Positions 9,627 to 19,163 of a stretch of 64,000 bases of DNA are shown piece by piece. Numbering within the stretch: the stretch's first letter is position 1; each line of letters starts with the position of its first letter. The position numbers and the translations under genes were made by a program. The DNA comes from Pelagomonas calceolata (Eukaryota): NCBI GenBank assembly GCA_918797485.1, contig CAKKNE010000002.1, forward strand, positions 1,178,001-1,242,000, given 5' to 3'. Under the pieces are notes generated by a model. The model had not been told where the DNA came from and made no database searches. It saw only the letters and a list, made by a program, of their open reading frames with translations.

Positions 9627-10832
9627 ATGCTGCTGCTCGCATGGCTCATCACTAGCGTCGACGCAACTTGCAATCCGGAGGGTTTTGATCCAAAGAACGC
9701 AAATCTAGACATGGCGCGCTGGCGCGTGCACGCGAATCCACCAGTAGACACCGCACGAACGAACAGAGCCTTCGGCGCCTACAAGTTCAGCGCGTCCGAC
9801 GGGAGAGAAACGTTCCCCGTGGCCTTCGGCATGGTCGAGGGCTGGCCGTGGCCCCACCGCTGCGACCCGGCGAAGTATCGAAGACTGCACGCCACTGTTA
9901 AATTCAGAAACACGGACGTCGCCGTGGCGTCCTATCCCAAGACGGGCACGACCTGGGTCGAGCAGATCGTACTATTACTATTGCATGGTGCCGACGCCAA
10001 ATTAGACCCAGCTTCGAGAAATACGTACAACGCGCGGCGGAACCCCCTCGGGTGCGTGTGGCTGGAGCCCATGGTCGCGTCGGCTCGAAGGGCGCGCATG
10101 TCGCTGAACCAGTTCGCCGATTTGCCGGCGCCGCGCGTGCTCAAGTCCCACGCGCCCTTCGACGCGTTTCTAGGAACGCGCGGCAGTACGGACAACGCTT
10201 CGTTGGCGAACCTGCGCCAGACCGGTTTGAAGGTCATTTACGTCGCGCGGAACCCGAAGGACGCGGCCGTGTCCATGTACTTCCAGCGGGCGCCTTTGCC
10301 GGGCAAAAGGAACAATATCAAGCGTAGGATGCCCATGGACGCGTGGTGCGCCTTATACACAAAGGGCTACGTGTCGTGCGGCGCCTTCGTCGACCATGTG
10401 GCCCGGTGGCACGCCGTTTCAAAAGCAGTGGAGTCTCCTGTGTTATTTGTGACGTATGAAGAGCTGAAGCAGAATCCTGCCAAGGGCGTCCGGAAGATTG
10501 CCGATCATCTCGGTCTGGAGCGTTCTGATGAGGATATAAATGCTGTGGTCAAATTGTCCTCCTTCGACGCCATGGCCGCGCAAGCCCGCAAGGCCCCGCG
10601 GCCCGGCGACGCGCGCAACGCGAAATACGCGACTCTTACAAACGGCGCCGTCGACGCGAAGTCCGCTTCTTCTCACCTGCGCCAGGGCGGCGCGGGCACG
10701 TGGGTCCAGCACTTCTCGCCGTTGTTATCGAAGCAGTTCGACGCGGCGTATCAATCAACGATGGCCGTCGCGGCGGCGAGGCTGGGGGGCCCTCCGCCGG
10801 CGTTCGACTTCGGGCATGGGTGTGTGATGTGA
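9627..10832 (+). CDS. Sulfotransferase (Sulfotransfer_1) with signal peptide
   Basis: 5'-PSB 'SYPKTGTTW', 'KSH', 3'-PB 'ARNPKDAAVSMY', 'TYEELK', 'LRQGGAGTW'. Confidence 0.9.
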   Translation: MLLLAWLITSVDATCNPEGFDPKNANLDMARWRVHANPPVDTARTNRAFGAYKFSASDGRETFPVAFGMVEGWPWPHRCDPAKYRRLHATVKFRNTDVAVASYPKTGTTWVEQIVLLLLHGADAKLDPASRNTYNARRNPLGCVWLEPMVASARRARMSLNQFADLPAPRVLKSHAPFDAFLGTRGSTDNASLANLRQTGLKVIYVARNPKDAAVSMYFQRAPLPGKRNNIKRRMPMDAWCALYTKGYVSCGAFVDHVARWHAVSKAVESPVLFVTYEELKQNPAKGVRKIADHLGLERSDEDINAVVKLSSFDAMAAQARKAPRPGDARNAKYATLTNGAVDAKSASSHLRQGGAGTWVQHFSPLLSKQFDAAYQSTMAVAAARLGGPPPAFDFGHGCVM

Positions 10833-10913
10833 GTAAGTGTGCTTAGTGTTTTGCGCGCTCGGCGGCGGCGTCGTCGGGCCTCCTGTCACCCAGAGCGTCG
10901 CCAAATTGCTTCA

Positions 10914-11246
10914 CTATAGTGTCTCCGACGGCGGCGACGGCGTCTCGCGGGCGGCGAGGATTGCTCGCGACTGACGCAAGCAATCCTCAAATATCTCTAA
11001 GAGCGGGTGTGCGCCACCCAGCACGCGCCGCGCGGTCCGCTCGATCTCCTCGAGCGTCGTCACGGCCTCGTGGAGATCGTCGAGCGTGGCGTCGGGGTCT
11101 GCGTAGAGCGACTGCGCGTAGATGCATCTCATCCTGAGCGTGAGATTACAACCTTCTCCGAGGACGCGTCGCGCCACGGGCATCATTTTGTCTACTAGCG
11201 ACTTTGCTTCTTCAAAGCGCTTCAGAAAAAGAAGGGAAGACGCGTA
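10914..11246 (-). pseudogene. Orphan C-terminal fragment of a TPR-like 'ARRVLGGAHP' protein family
   Basis: Reads YASSLLFLKRFEEAKSL...ARRVLG...DPDATLDDLHEAVTTLEEIERTARRVLGGAHPL; an in-frame TGA precedes it at 11249-11247; a paralogous fragment lies at 42172-42330. Confidence 0.65.
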
Positions 11247-11332
11247 TCAAGCGCCTCTTCCCGGCGCTGATGACGGACGAGGGCAGGGGGTACGTTGTAT
11301 AATAGAGCTTAGTCCCTAACAATAACCGCGCC

Positions 11333-12679
11333 TCACTCCTCCGTGCGCCTCTTCTTCGCGGCCGGCAGCTGCTCGAGCAGTTTTACTTGAGACGACTTCC
11401 AGGTCATGGCCAGCTCGCCCTTGTCGTACGTGACCACCGCATCTAAACGTAATAATTGTTTGGATTGCTTCTTGGCATCTAAAGCGTAGACGCCCTTGCC
11501 CTTGGCAGCGCCCTTCCACCCGAGAAAGCAGAAGGGTTCTCTATACCCAATCAGCGTCAGCGAGTCCGAAGCGCCCAATTTCCGAAAGGACTCATACACG
11601 GTAGAGTTCAACGGCCGGGTCTTGGCCATAGCAGTATCAGTGATGCAGCACCCTACCACAGTGTTCTTCGGTAAACGATCGACCCACTTCGCGAACCTTT
11701 TGGTCTCGGCCTCCGTGTCCTGGTAGAGGTTGAAGCGGTGCACCTCTCGCACACTGAACGTGAGGACCTGCTTTGGCGTAGAAGGAGGTACGACATCCAA
11801 TTCCACGACGTGAATCCCCGTCGCGTTCTTGCGGAAGTGCTCCGTGTGGACCTTGTCGCCGCCACCCTTGCCCGTCTGCCAGGCGATCCAGCCCCAGCCT
11901 CTACCCGCGGCGTAGCCGTTCGTTTCTACAGAAAGAGCGCCACTGCCAAACGAAGGGGGATTGTTCTCGTGATGCCTCTCCGTGAACGCGACGTGGTCAT
12001 CTTCATCGACGGCGGCCAGATCCCGATATTGAGAAAAGTACTTGTCGTCGACACCCGCCGTCGAGCAGGCCGTGACACCCAGTCTCTTCGCCTCCTCACA
12101 GATACTCTTGGTGAGCTTGTTGTACCGGTCGGGCGTGAAGAGGATGAACGAGAACCTATCTTTACCGGAATAGGGCTCCGTCGCGTGCTCCGTGTTCCCG
12201 TCGAAGAGGCACCACTTTTCTCTACAGTCTAGAATACCTCTATCTCCGGTCCACAATTGGCCGCCCTCGAAGCTACCCAATGCAACAATATAGGACGGTC
12301 CTAAATTGTTCGAGTCGATGTGCTTGCGCGCGCGGTAGTTGTAGTTCACTTGGATGGAGCCGTATCTAAATGCAGCATCTGGTAAGGTATCACGAATCCA
12401 CCGCGTGACGACTTGCGTGAGTGACGGGCACTGCTGCGACGCCTGCGCGATGGAGCAGCCGCCCTGGCGGTTCGGGCTCAATCCGAGTACGAGTCCCGTG
12501 ACCTCGGGGTTCGCCGTCGGCGCGACGTTCGGTCGCACTTGCGTGGGCCAGTCCGCGGCCTTGATCAAGCGGAACGTCCTCAAGACGTCGGCGTGCGAGA
12601 TCTTCTTCTTGCCCTGTAGCAACTTGGCGGCGGCGTCCTCGCAGCGCTGGAGGTGCTCTGGTGTTTTTGGCTTGGCCAT
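11333..12679 (-). CDS. 2OG-Fe(II) dioxygenase-like domain fused to an ILEI/PANDER-like domain
   Basis: HxD 'KHIDSNN', 'ALGSFEGGQLW', distal His 'FDGNTEHAT', 'DRFS'; C-terminal 'GIHVVELD...FRKLGAS...IGYREPFCFLGWKG'; basic tail KKRR. Confidence 0.65.
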   Translation of the reverse strand: MAKPKTPEHLQRCEDAAAKLLQGKKKISHADVLRTFRLIKAADWPTQVRPNVAPTANPEVTGLVLGLSPNRQGGCSIAQASQQCPSLTQVVTRWIRDTLPDAAFRYGSIQVNYNYRARKHIDSNNLGPSYIVALGSFEGGQLWTGDRGILDCREKWCLFDGNTEHATEPYSGKDRFSFILFTPDRYNKLTKSICEEAKRLGVTACSTAGVDDKYFSQYRDLAAVDEDDHVAFTERHHENNPPSFGSGALSVETNGYAAGRGWGWIAWQTGKGGGDKVHTEHFRKNATGIHVVELDVVPPSTPKQVLTFSVREVHRFNLYQDTEAETKRFAKWVDRLPKNTVVGCCITDTAMAKTRPLNSTVYESFRKLGASDSLTLIGYREPFCFLGWKGAAKGKGVYALDAKKQSKQLLRLDAVVTYDKGELAMTWKSSQVKLLEQLPAAKKRRTEE

Positions 12680-12859
12680 TTTTGATTGGGAGAGCGGATG
12701 GCGGGAATGGAGCTTGCTAGATACTGGCGGCTTCCGGCGCAGCGCGAGGCAGCAGGCGGCAGCGGATGGATCAAATGGCAGCGCTCGCTGGACAAGGACT
12801 GCGATTGGGACCTGTAAGCAAGCTCTTTTGGTGCTTGGGCGCGCGAGCTTGGTTATTAG

Positions 12860-12881
12860 CTAGCGGCCTGTAAGACACTAG
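12860..12881 (+). promoter_or_regulatory. CTAG-bounded upstream motif, consensus copy CTAGCGGCCTGTAAGACACTAG
   Basis: Identical to 37648-37669; lies 181 and 169 bp from the two divergent ATGs. Confidence 0.75.
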
Positions 12882-13049
12882 CAACTGCGGTTTCCTTGCT
12901 TTTGTCTACCAAGCGGGGGGCTTCAGCGCTCCGAATTTGGTCCCGTCTTTCGCTCGACTTTAACTGCGTGCCGCTCACGAGCTCTTGAGTCATCTGGAGC
13001 TTCCGGAGAGTGGATCACTCATATCAATTTGTGAGTCGCGGCGCGCAAG

Positions 13050-13714
13050 ATGGACTCGGATGGCGAGGATGATACGCCTCCGCTCCTTGCTGCGGCATAC
13101 GAAGGTGATGCGCACGCTCTGCGTCGGGCGATCGCGGACGGCGCCGATCTTCATGTCGAGGACGAAGAGAATTATACGGCCCTTCATTGGCTCGTCAACA
13201 ATACACCGCAGGGTAACGACGAGCTACGAATTGCCTGCATCTCTGCGTTGTTGGACGCGGGAGCCGACGTGAACCCTGGTCTCTGCGTAGGTACCTACGT
13301 CAGGCTACGTAGGTACCTACGCAGGTCGTGGAGGCCGTAGGTACCTACGTAGGTACATTTGGAGAAGTTACCTACGTCAGGCTCCACCTACGCAGAGACC
13401 AGGACGTGAACAGACTGGGGGGGCTTCATGATTTTGATCGTGACCAAATTCCGGGCACGCCTTTGATGGATGCCGTATTTCTGTGTGAGCCTAATCCAGG
13501 CAGTTGTGCTGCGGAACGTACGATCATCGACATGCTACCAGTACGCGCGGGCGCGGACCCGAATATTGCCTCCGCCGACAGCTTTACACCTCTGCATATG
13601 GCTGCAGTTTGGGGATACTGGCACATTGTTCCTGTTCTGCTTGCCGCCGGCGCCGAGGTGAACGCCATTTGGCCTAGTAGAGATACTGATGAAAGGGGGG
13701 ACCCCCTTGACTAA
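13050..13714 (+). CDS. Ankyrin-repeat protein interrupted by a MITE/intron (exons 13050-13268, 13403-13714), possibly truncated
   Basis: Ankyrin motifs 'TPPLLAAAYEG', 'TALHWLV', 'LLDAGADVN', 'TPLHMAAVWG', 'LLAAGAEVN'. The two track ORFs join in frame across the element. Confidence 0.65.
13275..13403. mobile_element. 129-bp non-autonomous DNA transposon (MITE) with perfect 18-bp TIRs and 8-bp TSD
   Basis: CCTGGTCTCTGCGTAGGT (13275-13292) / ACCTACGCAGAGACCAGG (13386-13403); TSD ACGTGAAC at 13267-13274 and 13404-13411; internal CGTAGGTACCTACG palindromes. Confidence 0.92.
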
Positions 13715-13740
13715 TGTACCGCATGCGGTACATTAGTCAA
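13707..13740. repeat. Perfect 34-bp palindrome TTGACTAATGTACCGCATGCGGTACATTAGTCAA
   Basis: Self-complementary base by base with no loop; contains the ankyrin ORF stop codon. Confidence 0.95.
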
Positions 13741-13915
13741 AATCCACACAAGCGGAAACCGGACCACGCGGAAGACTCCGCGACCGATCCCGGCGATCAG
13801 GGGCTGCCCGCGCGGACGATCAGCCGCGCCGAGGCAGCCAGAGATAATAAGCCATCGGCGGGGCGTACAGAGGAGTGCATCGGGACACACCAGCTGAGAT
13901 AGCAGGGCGCGCAGC

Positions 13916-16900
13916 ATGCTCCTCCTCGGCCGGTGCGTGCTGCTCAGCGCGTTAGCGTGGGGGCAGCAGCACCCCCCCCGCAGCGGGCCGAAGGCGCGGC
14001 GGTCCAAGGGGCGGCGCGGCGGCGCGCGCCGGCTCGAGGACGTGCCGACGGCCGTGCCGACGTTCGTCCCGACGCCCGTGCCGACCTCCATTCCTTCGCC
14101 CAAACCCACGTTCGCGCCGATGCCGGCCCCGACGAAATTCCCGACGTCCGTGCCGACGCCCGTGCCGACGCCCTTGCCGACGCCGACGGCGTTTTCCCGC
14201 AAGCCGACCGGCAGCCCGACGTCCGCACCATCTTCCGAGCCGACGCAGACCTTTCGGCCGACCGGGGTCCCGACGTCCACGCCGACGGCCGTGCCGACGC
14301 CCATGCCGGCGTGCTGCGTCGAGCACCAATTTAGCGCCACCGGCGAGGTGGAAAGCACGACGTGTAGCGGCAGCCGCTCGCCGTGGGACGCCGCCACCAT
14401 GACCGAGCTGTGTACGGCGGGCTATTCGGAAGCCGGCGATGTGGCGCCGCCCTTCCGCGATTGCAGGCAGGAGGCGATTGACTCGGGGAACTGCGGCACG
14501 ATCTCGTGCGTGGAGTGCGACGACGCCGGGGACTGGGCCGAGGACAAGTACTGGGCGAACGTCGGCTACGAAGCGTGCCCCGACTGGGTGGTCGACGCCA
14601 TGAACGCGGAGGCGGCCACCGGCGGCGCGTGCGCGGCTTGGGTCAGCGTCCGCGGCTACTGGCGCCGGGGTCCCGTGCCGACGTCCGTGCCGACGTCCGT
14701 GCCGACGGCGCAGCCCCAGGTCTCGGCCAAACCGACGCCCGTGCCGACATCCATGCCGACGACCTCCACGTGGGCGCCGACGACCTCCACGTGGGCGCCG
14801 ACGGGCGAGCCGACTCTCGTCCCGACCCCGGTGCCGACGGCCTTGCCGACGGCCGTGCCGACGCCCGTGCCGGCGTGCTGCGTCGAGCACAAATTTACCG
14901 AAACCGGGGAGGTGGAAGGCACGACGTGCTACGGCGGCCGCTCGCCGTGGGACTACTCAACGATGGCCGACCTGTGTACGGCGGGCTATTCGAAGTACGG
15001 CGCGGCGGCGCCGCCCTTCCGCGATTGCAGGCAGGAGGCGATTGACTCGGGGAACTGCGGCACGATCTCGTGCGTGGAGTGCGACGACGCCGGGGACTGG
15101 GCCGAGGACAAGTACTGGGCGAACGTCGGCTACGAAGCGTGCCCCGACTGGGTGGTCGACGCCATGAACGCGGAGGGGGCCACCGGCGGCCAGTGCGCGG
15201 CTTGGGTCCGCGGCTACTGGTATCCCTCCGGTTCGTGCGGGCACCACGCCTGGGGCGCCGATCGCGACGGATACTCCAAGTGCGCCCGGCTGGGTAGAGA
15301 GCCCTATCCCGAGGGCGACGCCGCCCTCCACGCGATGGGGAACAACGCCGGGTTGTGCTGCCCGGAGTATCCCTCCGGTTCGTGCGGGCACCACGCCTGG
15401 GGCGCCGATCGCGACGGATACTCCAAGTGCGCCTCGGCGGGGAGAGAACCCTATCCCGAGGGCGACGCCGCCCTCCACGCGATGGGGGACGACGCGGAGA
15501 CGTGCTGCCCGGGCGAGGACTGGAGGTGGGCGAACGGCTGTCGCCAGGACTACTGCACGGACTGGGGTAACGACTGCTACGCCTCGATGGACTGGGGCGA
15601 GCCGGTGACCTGCTCAAACGGCTACACTCCGTCGCCGCCGAGCCCGCCTGGGCACGACCCCGAGTACACGTGCTGCCCGAGCGCGACCAGCTGCGAGTAC
15701 GTCGCCGGCCAGCCGTTCGTCCTCGTGGCGTTTGAGCCCGATCCAGCCACCCAGGCAATGTTGGGCCTGCCAGGCGGGGAGTTCTCGGTGGGCTTGAACG
15801 ATGCCGACAGAAGCTACCACCCCGATGAGGGCGGAAACGTGCACAGCAACACCTTTTTCACGGTGCAAACTACGGAGGGCACGAAAATGCTTCATCGCAG
15901 CACGGACAACAACATAGTTTTCCCGGACATGCCGCCCGAGTGGACGACGGACGCGACGCGGCCGCCGCACATCGAGGGGGATGTCCTCATCAACGTCGGT
16001 CTGCACGTGAACTGCCAAGAGTACGTGCACGGCTCCTTTGTGAAAGCGCTCGGGAATGTGGGCTCCCCCGGGAGCTGGGTCGTCAACGAAGACGGGACAA
16101 TTTCGCCGCATGATGCCCCGCACCTCGTTCTTGGCTGGGGCGACTTCACCACGGCCGCTTGCTGGGACTGGTTCGTGGGCCCGGAACCGAACAACCTAGT
16201 CCTCATGGACTCCGCGATGGCGCTCGGTTGCGAGGCCGCGAGAGAGGCCGATCCTGCTCAGATGTGCGCGCCGGTCTTCCGCGCGAGAGGCGTCGACTGC
16301 GATCACGCTGGCCACGACCATGGCGGCGCCTGCGACGGCATCCACCTCGAGGCCGGGGTGGGCGAGGTCTGCAACTGGGCGCACGGGGAGACGCACGGCT
16401 GCCCGGTCGTGAACACCCAGTTGTGGGACAGCGAGCTCTGGAGCTGCGACGATCTCTGCGGCAGGGCTGGCGGGTGGTGCGAGCGCGCGGCGCACATGAG
16501 CAACAATCACTGCGGGTCGGACGTCCACGAGGAGTACGAGCTCTCGTGCGACCAGGGCATTCGCGACATCCGGACGTGGGGTGGTGAGCCGTCTCACACC
16601 TTGTGCTGGTGCCGGGTCGACGACACGGACCACTGGTGGCACTACTACCACGAAGACGACGACGACGACGACGACGGTGATGGGGCCACGGAGCTCGTCA
16701 TGTCCGGCGGCCTCGTCGCGATCGGACTTACGTTCACCGGTATTAGCATCGCTGCGATCGCGAATGCGTTCCAGGAACAATGCGCATTAGGACCGACGAT
16801 CATCTTCGAGGCCGGCACCACCCACCCCTACTACATCAGCCCCAACCTCTGCACCATCGGCACGCACACGTACGCCTCCAAGAAGACCGTGCGCGACGCG

Positions 16901-17005
16901 TCGCCGCGCAAGGTCTGCCGCAAGTTCTGCGAGGCCGCGTCCGCCGCCGGGAAGCTGGCGCTCAAGCACGTCCAGGGCCTGACCTGCTACTGCAAGCGGC
17001 GGTAG
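13916..17005 (+). CDS. Large secreted Cys-rich protein with PT-rich linkers and internal duplications
   Basis: Signal peptide, RRL site, PTPVPT repeats; a duplicated ~125-aa Cys block (~14282-14660 and ~14846-15220); 147-bp tandem units starting at 15221 and 15368. Confidence 0.8.
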   Translation: MLLLGRCVLLSALAWGQQHPPRSGPKARRSKGRRGGARRLEDVPTAVPTFVPTPVPTSIPSPKPTFAPMPAPTKFPTSVPTPVPTPLPTPTAFSRKPTGSPTSAPSSEPTQTFRPTGVPTSTPTAVPTPMPACCVEHQFSATGEVESTTCSGSRSPWDAATMTELCTAGYSEAGDVAPPFRDCRQEAIDSGNCGTISCVECDDAGDWAEDKYWANVGYEACPDWVVDAMNAEAATGGACAAWVSVRGYWRRGPVPTSVPTSVPTAQPQVSAKPTPVPTSMPTTSTWAPTTSTWAPTGEPTLVPTPVPTALPTAVPTPVPACCVEHKFTETGEVEGTTCYGGRSPWDYSTMADLCTAGYSKYGAAAPPFRDCRQEAIDSGNCGTISCVECDDAGDWAEDKYWANVGYEACPDWVVDAMNAEGATGGQCAAWVRGYWYPSGSCGHHAWGADRDGYSKCARLGREPYPEGDAALHAMGNNAGLCCPEYPSGSCGHHAWGADRDGYSKCASAGREPYPEGDAALHAMGDDAETCCPGEDWRWANGCRQDYCTDWGNDCYASMDWGEPVTCSNGYTPSPPSPPGHDPEYTCCPSATSCEYVAGQPFVLVAFEPDPATQAMLGLPGGEFSVGLNDADRSYHPDEGGNVHSNTFFTVQTTEGTKMLHRSTDNNIVFPDMPPEWTTDATRPPHIEGDVLINVGLHVNCQEYVHGSFVKALGNVGSPGSWVVNEDGTISPHDAPHLVLGWGDFTTAACWDWFVGPEPNNLVLMDSAMALGCEAAREADPAQMCAPVFRARGVDCDHAGHDHGGACDGIHLEAGVGEVCNWAHGETHGCPVVNTQLWDSELWSCDDLCGRAGGWCERAAHMSNNHCGSDVHEEYELSCDQGIRDIRTWGGEPSHTLCWCRVDDTDHWWHYYHEDDDDDDDGDGATELVMSGGLVAIGLTFTGISIAAIANAFQEQCALGPTIIFEAGTTHPYYISPNLCTIGTHTYASKKTVRDASPRKVCRKFCEAASAAGKLALKHVQGLTCYCKRR

Positions 17006-17193
17006 CGCCCCTTTCTTTTTGCTTCCCCCCTCCTCCCCTTCGGTCGTCGACTCTGGAGTACTGGGCGCACGCGGGCTGCCCAGTGTCTTCGTGCGATCAG
17101 TACTCGCGAACTACCAACTGATTTCAAGGTGCGCAAAGAATTCAACTAGTCATAAGTTTCACAAAATACCTTATCAGGAAGGAAGGACGCAAC

Positions 17194-19163
17194 CTACCAA
17201 GACGGCACCTCGTCCGCGCCGTCGACGTCGACGAGGCGGCCCGCCACGGAACCGACGCCGCCCCGGCGGTAGGCCACGCGGCCGCGCACGAAGGTCGCCT
17301 CGACGCGTCCTAGCGTAGGCACGCCCTTCAAAGCGTCGGACGACGCCGACGACGCCGCCTCGGCGTCGAACACGCAGAACGACGCGCACTTGCCTATAGC
17401 TATAGTACCGTACTGCGACAGACCCAGCGCAGCAGCTGTATTGGTGGAGAGCCACTTCGCCACATCGGTCAGGGAGAAGCCCTCGCTCAATGCCCGGGCC
17501 CAGAGAGCGGGTAACGCGTCGGCGGCCACTCTTGCACACGTGCCCGGCGCCGCGCGCGCGAAGTCACCACTCTCGGAACATTTCAACTCCGGAGCGACGG
17601 CGTCCGTCCCCGAATGGATACACTGCAACGTGCCATCCCGCAACGCGTCCCATAAAGCAGTTTGGTGGCCCGAGTGGCGCAAGGGGGGCGCGAATTTGAA
17701 GCGCGTGGCCCCGTTCGGGACCTCTTCCGCGGCTAGGAGTAGGTACAACGTCGATGTCGCAGCCGTCGGCTTTAGGTCTTCCGGCACGTGCTGCAAGGCG
17801 CCCACTGTTTGCGCTGCCGCTACATCAGTGATATGTAACCGCGACGCGTTCTTCACTCTTCTCGAGAGGAGCCATCTTAAACCGCGAGCTTGTGAGCGAG
17901 AAGGATGCGCCCTCGCTAGCAACGAGTAGTCCCTCCGAATGGCTCGTCGCGTGTTGTCGTCCGTGTCCTTGAAGATCGAAATCTCGCGCGGCCGTCTCCG
18001 CGCGAAGCGCGGCTGCCTTATAGTTGCTGACACGGACCGAGGAATGACCTCATGGTGAGAAGGTGACGACGGCTCCGATTGAGCTCTAGGACGTAGCGGC
18101 GGCGGCGGTAGCACCGGACACGTAATCTTGGACACGTCTTTGACGAGCTGGCCTAGCGACGGCGTCCGCACGAAGACCGCCCGTTCGGGAGACGAGGGCG
18201 GGAAGGTCGGTCTTCTCACAGCACAAGGTACCAATCTCTGGGGGTTGGGCACGGTCTGGGAGCGTTTGAGGGCTGGCGAGGTGAGCGGCGCAAACGACAC
18301 GGAGGGCTTCGGGCTTTCAGGAGCCTCGTAGGCGTAGGAGGCTAACTCCGCTTGCAGTAGGGACTGGACCCACGGATCTTCGTCTTCACTGGACTGTTGT
18401 TTTCTCAATCTACGAGAAGGTGATTCTTGGGCGCCGTCGAGCTCACAGAGCGGCAGGCGCGCCATCGGGCTGGCGGCCCGAGGCCTATCAGCAACAGGCA
18501 CGTGGTGGAACGGACTAGCGAGGTCCCGTTCTCCGTCGGTCAATTTTACGACGTCGGTCACGAGGACGCGCGCCTCGGCCTGCGGACGGCGACGCGTGAC
18601 TGCGCTGCTCTGACGACGTCGCGTCGATGGCGTCGACGGCGTCTCCGTGGCGCCACCTCGACGCCGTCGACGCGTCACCTCAAACAGTAAAGGTCGAAGC
18701 GACTTCCGAGGACGCCGGGGCGGGCCTGGGCCTGGAGCCACGTCTCGTCGGTTGTGGCACCATTTACATCGTCGCAGGGGGCCAAGGTCGGGACTTCCGC
18801 GACGACGGGGATGTAGGATGAGGTGGCCCTACCGGCTATTACGACGTCACAGAGCAGCGGCTCGTCATTCTGGAGTTCCGGGCCCCCGAACCTCGAAGGG
18901 AGGTGGACTACTGTCGAAAAGCCTCCTTCGACGGCGCTTTCATAAACATCAGAGCCTCTCAGGACATCGATGAGACCTGGTAAAAGAGCGCAGGCGCCGC
19001 AATCCACAAACTCGACGTCATTCGGAGGCGGCACGCGTCCGGACTCAATACGTGCTATAACACCGTCCTCTACGGTAATCGTGGCGGCCTGGACACCTTG
19101 GGGCAGGGCGACGCGGTCGGAGTAGACCGCGCAGCGGCGCGGTTGCACGTCGCCGGCGGTCAT
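17194..19163 (-). CDS. Allantoinase/cyclic-amidohydrolase-like protein, probably catalytically dead; exons 19163-18732, 18579-17194
   Basis: N-terminal 'ITVEDGVIARI...LLPGLIDV'; C-terminal 'GATRFKFAPPLR...LWDALRDG', 'GDFARA', 'KWLSTNTAAALGL', 'GRVEATFVRG'. The frames join across a 152-nt GC-AG intron. Confidence 0.75.
18580..18731 (-). mobile_element. Introner-like GC-AG intron (152 nt)
   Basis: 8-bp TSD GCCCAGGC / GCCGAGGC on the - strand; ends CCGCAG; contains CGCCATCGACGCG motifs; restores the frame. Confidence 0.7.

Noticed and set aside
13286..13392. Repeated TACGTAGGTACC units as a CRISPR or satellite
   Set aside because: They are internal repeats of the TIR/TSD-bounded element.
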